A DNA stretch of 27,586 nucleotides, taken from positions 1 through 27,586 of the forward strand of contig CAYMED010000023.1 of the NCBI GenBank assembly GCA_964389655.1. The letters run 5' to 3'. The translations under genes and the position numbers were made by a program. Below the pieces are notes generated by a model. That model did not search any database, was not told the origin of the DNA, and saw only the letters and a program-made list of their open reading frames with translations. This DNA comes from an uncultured Candidatus Poseidoniales archaeon (GTDB lineage Archaea; Thermoplasmatota; Poseidoniia; Poseidoniales; CAYMED01). Of this stretch, positions 17,238 to 24,783 are shown piece by piece. Position 1 is the stretch's first letter; each line of letters opens with the position of its first letter.

Positions 17238-18638
17238 ATGCGGGATGCCAGTGCTACGGCTTATCGGACCCATTCACTTGGTGCAATTGCTGCAAAAGGA
17301 GCAAATCTTCTCGGCCAGACAGTGACCGTCACTGGCCTTGCTGAGACAATTCGCGGGAGAGGTGCTATTTGCTTTGTCATGTTACGAGACGGCCTTGACC
17401 ATTTGCAGGCCTTTCTCAAAAAAGATCAAATGGATGCACAGTCATTTGAGGAAATTCAGTCATCTAATCGAGAATCAGCGATACAAATTACCGGTGTGGT
17501 GGCCCAAAAACGCCCTCCGAAAGTCGCTAAGGGCGCCCCCCTTCCCCCTCCTGAATATGAGGTCCAGGTTCGTGAGGCCACCATCTTGGCATCATCGATT
17601 GCCCCTATGCCCCTAGGAGTTGCGGATAAAGTCCACATTGAGCTCGATACGCGCCTTGATCACCGGTACATTGACACACGTCGTTCTCATGTGAATGCAA
17701 TGTTTCGCTTGCGCTCTAAATTGCTTGAATACGGAAGATGTTTTCTGATTCAAGAGGGATTTGGGGAGATTCAAACACCAAAGATTATTGCATCTGCGAG
17801 TGAAGGTGGAACAAATTTATTTCCAATAAAGTATTTTGAGACTGATGCCTACCTTAGCCAATCCCCCCAATTATACAAGCAATTAGCCGTGCTCGGGGGG
17901 TTAGATCGCGTCTTTGAAGTGGGGCCTGCTTTCCGGGCAGAAAATCACGATACATACCGACATCTGAATGAATTCATATCTTTTGATATTGAAATGGCTT
18001 GGGCAGATGATGAAGATGCGATGGGCGTTCTTGAACGAATGATCCACCACATTTGGTCGGAAATTCATGAACATGGAGGTGGATTGATCGATACCATCAA
18101 TGAGCATCGCCTTGAACAAGATCTTCAACCGATTGAAATTGAAGTACCTGAACTACCATTTCCCCGTGTACCCTATTGCGATGCAATTGCAATGATTCAA
18201 TCAAAAGGCGGCTCTATTGAATGGGGTGCAGATATTTCTGCAGAAATGGCCGACTTAATTGCAGAAACCCATCCGGGTTTCCATTTTATTTCACGTTGGC
18301 CAATGGAAATGAAACCATTTTACATCTACCACGATGATTCCGAACTTGGAAGCGGGGGAGGTCAACTATCAAGAGGGTTTGACTTGATGTATGGGCGTGA
18401 TGAAATGACCAGTGGCGGTCAGCGAGAGCATCGTGTCGAGATTCTTGAAAATAATCTGATAGAGATGGGACTCGAGCCTAGTGATTTTTCGTTTTACACC
18501 GATGGTTTTCGGTATGGTGCACCCCCTCACGGGGGTTGGGGATTAGGTGTGGCTAGGTTGCTTATGATTCTCATTGGGGCAGGAAATGTCCGCGAAGTAG
18601 TTCTGTTCCCTAGAGACCGAAAACGAGTATCTCCTTGA
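17238..18638 (+). CDS. aspS: Aspartyl-tRNA synthetase (archaeal type)
   Basis: OB-fold N-terminus (FVMLRDG), SEGGTNLF, LSQSPQLYKQ, FRAE...RHLNEF, SGGQREH and PPHGGWGLG...LFPRD. Start is ATG 17238 or GTG 17226. Confidence 0.97.
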   Translation: MRDASATAYRTHSLGAIAAKGANLLGQTVTVTGLAETIRGRGAICFVMLRDGLDHLQAFLKKDQMDAQSFEEIQSSNRESAIQITGVVAQKRPPKVAKGAPLPPPEYEVQVREATILASSIAPMPLGVADKVHIELDTRLDHRYIDTRRSHVNAMFRLRSKLLEYGRCFLIQEGFGEIQTPKIIASASEGGTNLFPIKYFETDAYLSQSPQLYKQLAVLGGLDRVFEVGPAFRAENHDTYRHLNEFISFDIEMAWADDEDAMGVLERMIHHIWSEIHEHGGGLIDTINEHRLEQDLQPIEIEVPELPFPRVPYCDAIAMIQSKGGSIEWGADISAEMADLIAETHPGFHFISRWPMEMKPFYIYHDDSELGSGGGQLSRGFDLMYGRDEMTSGGQREHRVEILENNLIEMGLEPSDFSFYTDGFRYGAPPHGGWGLGVARLLMILIGAGNVREVVLFPRDRKRVSP

Positions 18639-18671
18639 AAGAAAACACGGATGTGTGACAGCCTAACGGCG

Positions 18672-19901
18672 TTAGCCCCCCCAATAAAATTCACGTATCT
18701 GTTGATTTGCTTCCATGCAAGCAACTACATCAGCAGGGCGATCCGGCATGGTTTGGATACCCAAGAGGTGTTCATAAATGGGATTCACATTGGACATGTT
18801 TACAACGCCCCAGCCAACTTGTGTGCAAGGAGCGAGAGGGGAGATAGGAAGGGTTCCAGATGTTGGGTCCCATGTCAAGAAATTTGGATACCATGCGGAC
18901 CGATTTAATGCGTCCCGGAGGTCCTGATTACTTACTGATAAATTAGTCCCATTAACCAATAACCCATTTCTCTCATCTGCTGCACCTGAACTCCAATCTT
19001 CATCAAAATCGCGCAATTGAGTGAGCACAAGGCTGAGGATACCGGCAGTGCGCGGCGTCGCAAACGATGTTCCCGAAGTCTCATGGTATCCATTGATATC
19101 ATCGTGGTTTGGCAGGAGTTGCGTCCAATCTGCTGCGATGTCTGGATAAGATCCACTCATGGTCTCTTTTTGGTCATCCTCTTCCTCGGCATATCCAGAT
19201 ACCCCAATTGACCATGGTGGACCCGCAGTTGAATCTTGAACCGCTGGCGAAGGAGTATTGTCGGATGCACCCGTATGCACTTTGTGTTTCTCAACGACGG
19301 CAACGCGAGTTGCATCTTCAATCCCTGGCACGGGAACACTTCCTATGGGCCCAAATGAAGTTGTAATGATGTCGACAAGTGGTTGTTCGGCGGCTGCAAG
19401 GACGGCAGCATCGCTGAATCCCTCGACAAAGAAGATGATCGCATCAGGATTTCCATCAAGGACCGCACCTGTAACTGCAGTTCCATGACCATCTTCTGGG
19501 TCATCTAAGATTGGAATTTCAGTTTCATCATCGGGAGTGGTCCCGATGATTCGAGTACCGGGGAAATAGACGATGTCATTGGATGAAATTACATCCCAAC
19601 AGGTTGCACGATCTGTATCATATCTCTCTTGCCATGAACCTTGTTGGGTGAGGTTACACGACATTGTCACTCCAAGACCTTCAAGAAGCCAATCAGGTAG
19701 AGTTTCATTCAAAACAAATCGCTCATGGTAGACATTGATCCCCGTGTCGATTGGCGCAACCACACTATAAGCAGCAAATGAGGGTGCTTCTTCGGCAGTT
19801 AATTTGATGCTCGACTTTTCAAGCCAAAAACATCCAGAAAAGAAAGATGAAAGGACGATTAGTACGAGAGAGGAGGCGGAGATACCTTGTCGCACATGCA
19901 A
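18672..19901 (-). CDS. S8 (subtilisin-like) serine peptidase, probable lipoprotein
   Basis: Catalytic triad IDTG, GHGTAV, SGTSFATP; hydrophobic leader ending in a FSGC lipobox. Exact start uncertain. Confidence 0.92.
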   Translation of the reverse strand: MHVRQGISASSLVLIVLSSFFSGCFWLEKSSIKLTAEEAPSFAAYSVVAPIDTGINVYHERFVLNETLPDWLLEGLGVTMSCNLTQQGSWQERYDTDRATCWDVISSNDIVYFPGTRIIGTTPDDETEIPILDDPEDGHGTAVTGAVLDGNPDAIIFFVEGFSDAAVLAAAEQPLVDIITTSFGPIGSVPVPGIEDATRVAVVEKHKVHTGASDNTPSPAVQDSTAGPPWSIGVSGYAEEEDDQKETMSGSYPDIAADWTQLLPNHDDINGYHETSGTSFATPRTAGILSLVLTQLRDFDEDWSSGAADERNGLLVNGTNLSVSNQDLRDALNRSAWYPNFLTWDPTSGTLPISPLAPCTQVGWGVVNMSNVNPIYEHLLGIQTMPDRPADVVACMEANQQIREFYWGG

Positions 19902-19935
19902 GCGTGTGGCACCTGATTATTGACCGTTGCCACGG

Positions 19936-21168
19936 CTACACCGCACGCATGATTTTCTCTGAAAAGGCCTCCATATCCCTAATCACGCGCTCTGAATCGT
20001 GCCGGAAGAAATCAAACCAGCACATGAGGCGGTCCTCGGGGTGAAAACGATCTCGAATGGCCGAGATAATCTCATCCACATTTCCAATCAAGGCATTGTT
20101 CACAGCACGGTCTACTTTCGCTGGGTCCAGTGTCCCCTCCAATGCCTTCCAATACGAGGAAAGCCCATTCTTTGCTTCTTCTCGAGCTGCTAAACTTTGC
20201 TCTTCTGGGGAAAGCCCATCTTCCGCATTCAGAAATATCATTACAGTACGGGGCATCATTTTTCGCTGCCAAGGCCCACCAGATGCATGGTATGCTTCCA
20301 GCATTCGATCATGGGTTTCTTCAATGACCTCTGGCGGTGTAATGCTTAGATTGAAAACCTGGACGGGCAATATTGTATTGACGTGCTCTTGGAGGGCTGC
20401 TTCATGACTTCCGATTACAAAATTCACTTTTGACCGGTCCCATTCCTGCGGGATGCTTTTGATATCCTCAAAAACATACCTGCGATCAATACATACCAAT
20501 TCTGGGCGGTAAGTAGGTGGATGACCACGTAATTCGAGTTCAGCTAACTGGACTCGCTCCCAATCATCATCTGATCGGAAATTTTCCCGTGAAAGAACCG
20601 TTTCGCGAATATTCCCTGAGTTGATTGTATCTCCCCGAGCTAAACGCAACATAATTTCACATGCTTCCCAAAAAATTTGGCCCCGAAGTGCGGGCCATGC
20701 CGCATCCTCAACTGCGTTTCTTGGAATGATTCCGTATGGCCTTGCCATAAATTCAAATCTTCCAGCACTAAACCCCAAGTGCAATGTCCTTGAATCATTT
20801 CGTTGTGCTTGAAGAGCACAATAATTTCCAATTCTTTCTGCAACTGCAATTGGGCCACCATTCGCAAGAATTGAGAGAACTGCACTACCGACCTCAATGT
20901 TTTCCGTTCGTTCCATGGAAAGCATAGCGAGTTGGAAGAAATCAGTGCATAAACCCACTTCCCCATCCCAGTGAGGAATGACTGGTTTCAGATTTCTTTT
21001 CTGGACTTCAGTGGATAAATGTGCTTGGGCAATCCATCCAACCCCAAATCCAAGTCGATCTGCTGCCTCTAACTGGTCGAGATAGTTTTGCAGCATGGAT
21101 GATTCACTGGGACAATATCCAGTATGATCGGGTGTTTGAGAGATCGAGAAAAAAACGTCAAAATCCAA
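19936..21168 (-). CDS. Luciferase-like (LLM class) flavin-dependent oxidoreductase
   Basis: AADRLGFGVGWIAQAH, TENIEVGSAV, PIAVAE and LIGNVDEI motifs. TTG start with a GAGGGT SD overlapping the upstream SDR stop. Confidence 0.88.
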   Translation of the reverse strand: MDFDVFFSISQTPDHTGYCPSESSMLQNYLDQLEAADRLGFGVGWIAQAHLSTEVQKRNLKPVIPHWDGEVGLCTDFFQLAMLSMERTENIEVGSAVLSILANGGPIAVAERIGNYCALQAQRNDSRTLHLGFSAGRFEFMARPYGIIPRNAVEDAAWPALRGQIFWEACEIMLRLARGDTINSGNIRETVLSRENFRSDDDWERVQLAELELRGHPPTYRPELVCIDRRYVFEDIKSIPQEWDRSKVNFVIGSHEAALQEHVNTILPVQVFNLSITPPEVIEETHDRMLEAYHASGGPWQRKMMPRTVMIFLNAEDGLSPEEQSLAAREEAKNGLSSYWKALEGTLDPAKVDRAVNNALIGNVDEIISAIRDRFHPEDRLMCWFDFFRHDSERVIRDMEAFSEKIMRAV

Positions 21169-21177
21169 TAAAAACCC

Positions 21178-21939
21178 TCAAATCGAGCGCATCCTACCAC
21201 CGTCTACGGCGAGCGAAACACCCCGTATCCCACCTGATTGGGGCAAGCACAGGAAAGTGATGGCCGAAGCAGTTTCCCTCGGGTCAATGAGACGTCCAAT
21301 TGGCACTTGTGAAATCCAATCCATGCGTATTTCTTCCTTGCTCCGTCCTGTTTTTTCCTGGATAGAGGTAGCAAGTGAGTCTAACCGTCCTGTATTTGTG
21401 AATCCAGGTAGGATATTATTGATAGTCACACTAGCGGGTAATTCCTGATTGAGAGACTTAGACCATGACGCCATGGCACCTCTCAGAGTATTAGACAAAC
21501 CAATATTGGGAATTGGTTCTCGTACCGAGGTTGAGATAATATTGACAATCCGGCCTAATCCTGCTTTTTCCATAGCTGGAACAACCATTTGAGAGATCCG
21601 ATGTGCTGCATGGAGGTGGCGCTTAAACGGTGCGATAAAAGCATCAGCAGAGTATGAGAGCAATGGGCCACCGGGGGGACCTCCAGCATTGTTCACAAGG
21701 ATGTGAACTGGGCCTGCAACTAAGATCTCTGAAATAATGTTCTCAATAGCACTGCCATCTTCAAAATCGATTGAGATGGAGTGGACATCAGAAATATCAG
21801 ATAGTGTTCGGCTAAGTGCAATTACATCTGCACCACAGGCAGCTAGCATTTCTGCGGTTGCTCGCCCAATTCCCTTGGAGGCCCCACAAACAATTGCCCT
21901 CATTCCTTTCAGTACGTCAGGTGCATACGGGTTTTCCAT
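21178..21939 (-). CDS. Short-chain dehydrogenase/reductase with an atypical SxxxR active site
   Basis: CGASKGIG, LVNNAGGPP, NIISTS, SNTLR, NNILPG and VDGG motifs. Confidence 0.93.
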   Translation of the reverse strand: MENPYAPDVLKGMRAIVCGASKGIGRATAEMLAACGADVIALSRTLSDISDVHSISIDFEDGSAIENIISEILVAGPVHILVNNAGGPPGGPLLSYSADAFIAPFKRHLHAAHRISQMVVPAMEKAGLGRIVNIISTSVREPIPNIGLSNTLRGAMASWSKSLNQELPASVTINNILPGFTNTGRLDSLATSIQEKTGRSKEEIRMDWISQVPIGRLIDPRETASAITFLCLPQSGGIRGVSLAVDGGRMRSI

Positions 21940-22102
21940 TTTATCACATCATCTCAACACTGTAAACATCGGTTTGACCGGCTATTACCGTTGATGGTCC
22001 AATAATCAAAGCACGATAACCATTGAGGGTGTGGAAAGAGAAAAATGATGCCCGTACCATGTTGAATTCCCCAATTGAATTATCAAATTTCTCAATTGAA
22101 AT

Positions 22103-22825
22103 TTACTCAATATAATGCGCATAAGTTTGCTTCCGCAATTTCTCCCGGACCACACCGAGAACCTCATCCGGAGCATTGCGGAAAGTGGGCCAAGGAGAAT
22201 CCCCCTGGGGGCGCCGGATTTTGCCCCAATTACCACAATCATATGCAATCAAGGCCTCCTTCATCAGAACCCCCGCCAATACAAGCGTGTGGTAGCATAA
22301 ATCTTCGTAACTCATTCCACGCTCCACGGGAAATTCACGACGCATCAACAAATCACCCGTATCCACCCCATTATCGCAAAAATGAGTAGAGGCGCCAATC
22401 GGGATATCATGGTAGACAGACCAAGCAGGACTTGCAGACCCACGGCAATCCGGAAGGAGACCTGGATGGCTATTAACAACCCCGTCCCTTGGATGATCCA
22501 GAATCCGGTGCCGGATAATTCGAGTCCCACCAAACACGATCAAGTCCAAATCCATATGCTCAATCAAAGGCATCACCTCCTGATCATTATGAATCGGAAC
22601 CGAATGGAGATTGATTTGGTATCTAGAGGCCTGAATCGAGATCTCTGGCGCCACCCCATGGCCCCCAATCCGCCTAAGGAACTTCTCGCGCTCCTCATCA
22701 GCAATGGCAGAGTCTTCTTCGATGATAATAGCTGGAATAAAACCCCCCTCAATAATTTGCCTTAGCATTTCACGCCCATAGGGGTGTTCCTTGAGGACGA
22801 AATAAGCGAACACTGGCTTGACCAT
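22103..22825 (-). CDS. Stand-alone formyltransferase-family protein (Fmt/PurN N-terminal fold)
   Basis: VVNSHPGLLPDCRG and HFCDNGVDTGD retain the catalytic Asn, His and Asp. Probable start ATG 22825 (MVKPVF); ATG 22855 is an alternative. Confidence 0.88.
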   Translation of the reverse strand: MVKPVFAYFVLKEHPYGREMLRQIIEGGFIPAIIIEEDSAIADEEREKFLRRIGGHGVAPEISIQASRYQINLHSVPIHNDQEVMPLIEHMDLDLIVFGGTRIIRHRILDHPRDGVVNSHPGLLPDCRGSASPAWSVYHDIPIGASTHFCDNGVDTGDLLMRREFPVERGMSYEDLCYHTLVLAGVLMKEALIAYDCGNWGKIRRPQGDSPWPTFRNAPDEVLGVVREKLRKQTYAHYIE

Positions 22826-22987
22826 TGAACCCCAGAAGAGGCCACCCCTACCCATTATTTTCGGATAATCCCCCCGAAATAAGCAAAAAAAACACCATGT
22901 CCCACAAACCTACACCCACAAATAAAAAACCTTTGCGAACACACTCAAATTGGAAAAGTTCCTCGACCTAAAGCCAATCGGAAGGGC

Positions 22988-23602
22988 ATGATCCATTGGC
23001 CAGAAGAGCCGCAGCCAGTGATTGAAATCCCAGATGGAAGCGAAATACACGTCCACAAATTCACACAAGGGCCTGACGACAGATGCCCCCCCCATATCGA
23101 ATTCAGCATTGGCCTCTATGCAGAACACAGGCCCGGGATGTATAATTCAAGAATATTCAGCACCGGAAGAGCGACCCACATGGGAATAGACATTGGCGCA
23201 CCCACCGGCACAGAAGTAAAGGCACCAATTAACTGCCAAGTTTCTCGAATAGGAAATGAAAGCGCCGAAGGAGGCTATGGACCCCACCTCGTACTCCAAA
23301 TTAGTAACTGCCACCCCCCCCTATACCTCCTCCTAGGGCATCTTTCATCGAAGAGCATATCAGAAGCAAATATAGGAGAACATATCGAAACTGGACAGAT
23401 AATTGGGCAGGTTGGGGGGGAAAAGGAGAACGGTGGTTGGCCACCACACCTCCACATGCAACTTTCCCGGGTCGAACCAAGAAACACGCAAGTCCCAGGT
23501 GTGATATCCAAGGAAGACATCGGATGGGGAAAAACAGCTTACCCCACTCCAATAGACCTGTTGTGTGAAAAGGGGAAGGGAGCCATAATGAATCAGATAT
23601 AG
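22988..23602 (+). CDS. M23-family metallopeptidase (peptidoglycan DD-endopeptidase fold)
   Basis: HMGID (HxxxD), GTEVKAP, GGYG, LLGHLS and PPHLHMQ (HxH). No evident signal peptide. Confidence 0.9.
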   Translation: MIHWPEEPQPVIEIPDGSEIHVHKFTQGPDDRCPPHIEFSIGLYAEHRPGMYNSRIFSTGRATHMGIDIGAPTGTEVKAPINCQVSRIGNESAEGGYGPHLVLQISNCHPPLYLLLGHLSSKSISEANIGEHIETGQIIGQVGGEKENGGWPPHLHMQLSRVEPRNTQVPGVISKEDIGWGKTAYPTPIDLLCEKGKGAIMNQI

Positions 23603-23759
23603 TCAATCTGAATACAGAGTAAGGGGAGAAAAATCCACCCAAAAAGAAGGGAAAACGAACCCCTTGCTAGGATTGATTCGACCCCAAAAGTCACCACGAG
23701 AAAAAAAATAAAAGGCCCGAGTCTTGTGGAATATATAAGACCTAAAAAATTGCGTGAAA

Positions 23760-23821
23760 ATATCAAGATAAATTTCCCAAACAGGTGACTGAAGAGCATT
23801 ATCTAGCGAATATCCTGATAT
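23760..23821. promoter_or_regulatory. Two TATC-N2-GATA palindromes, candidate operator pair
   Basis: TATCAAGATA at 23761-23770 and TATCCTGATA at 23811-23820, exactly 50 bp apart, upstream of the ThiR-like gene. Confidence 0.4.
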
Positions 23822-23865
23822 GAGATAGAGGGTGTTTTATTCATTTCGACTTATTAGGAGGCACT

Positions 23866-24771
23866 TTGATTAACCCCTCCCCCCCCCCAATCAACATGGT
23901 CCATGCACTTGTGAGCGAATATCTGACATCAATTCAGACATCACTTTCTGCCCGCTTGTCGAAAGCGGGGTGGCCGCAACAAAAAATCGCAGACCTTTTG
24001 GGAACAAATCAAACAGCCATTAGCCGCCTTTTGAAACTACATGCCGAAGGAGATCTGGACCAACAGGCCGAGGCCATCGCGAGATCATGGGCTCCCGAAC
24101 TCCTATCCATGGCAGGGGAAGGGGGGTTCATCGGAATCGAATTGTCACTCACAGTCGCCACATCCGTGGGCGCCCACCTTGAGGCAAATGCATCTGTGCA
24201 AATATCCGTTGAAGATATTGGCAACCCAAGTGCTCTCTTAGATCAGTTGGACAAGGCAAGGAATCGCCTTGATTTGCGCAGAGTTAAAGCCCACATCCCC
24301 ACCATTGGAATAAACATTGCCGCCGCCATTGAAAATCCAACATCGCGAAATGATATTGCCGCATTTCCCGGAAGGCTTGCGATGATTGATGGATCACTAA
24401 TGGCACGTGCTGAACCAAATTGGGGAGTAAGTCGGCACCTCGCAAACTTGCTTCTCGCCCTGAGTCGAGTAGGAAACCCATTCCGCTCAGTTGCCAACAT
24501 CTCACCACCACTTTTGCAGGGAGCAAAGCAGCGGGTAGCCGACCAAGCAAGGCGCGCGTCTAATCTAGTGAGAAGTAGGCTTCAAGAAGCCGGATTTCGT
24601 TGCACATTGGCCCCGGGGGGAAGGCCCGCGGAGAATGCATTTGATTCAGACGTCCTTATCGACGGGGGATCATTTGGATGGGAACCTTCTTTGTACGTGC
24701 TAGGTGGTGACCCCCTTCATCTAGTCAAGCGGATACATTCGGTTGTCGACTCCCTAACTGCTCAGATATAG
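23866..24771 (+). CDS. ThiR-like regulator: HTH plus ThiN (thiamine-phosphate synthase) domain
   Basis: N-terminal HTH GWPQQKIADLLGTNQTAISRLL; ThiN motifs IPTIGINIA, DIAAFPGRL, WGVSRHLA and DGGSFGWEP. Start is TTG 23866 (AGGAGG SD) or ATG 23896. Confidence 0.88.
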   Translation: MINPSPPPINMVHALVSEYLTSIQTSLSARLSKAGWPQQKIADLLGTNQTAISRLLKLHAEGDLDQQAEAIARSWAPELLSMAGEGGFIGIELSLTVATSVGAHLEANASVQISVEDIGNPSALLDQLDKARNRLDLRRVKAHIPTIGINIAAAIENPTSRNDIAAFPGRLAMIDGSLMARAEPNWGVSRHLANLLLALSRVGNPFRSVANISPPLLQGAKQRVADQARRASNLVRSRLQEAGFRCTLAPGGRPAENAFDSDVLIDGGSFGWEPSLYVLGGDPLHLVKRIHSVVDSLTAQI

Positions 24772-24783
24772 GCGTGAACCTCC

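Noticed and set aside
22060-22103. AT-rich CAATTGAA repeats as a CRISPR remnant or iteron
   Set aside because: Only two 8-nt copies with no spacer periodicity; more likely terminator-region sequence downstream of the formyltransferase gene.
23593-23799. 68-aa hydrophobic minus-strand ORF
   Set aside because: Its Phe/Leu/Ile richness follows from the T-rich minus strand of the skewed spacer, and it has no recognisable motif.
23603-23865. TPP riboswitch upstream of the ThiR-SSS genes
   Set aside because: CTGAAGAG and CCTGAT fragments are present, but the conserved GGG...CTGAGA...CCC core and the P1-P5 pairing could not be built.
22860-23865. Canonical replication origin (ORB) or dif site
   Set aside because: No TTCCA-x-TGGAA ORB (the GGAAAAGTTCC near 22952 has the opposite arrangement), no cdc6 or xer gene, no 11-6-11 dif dyad, and no skew reversal across the spacer.
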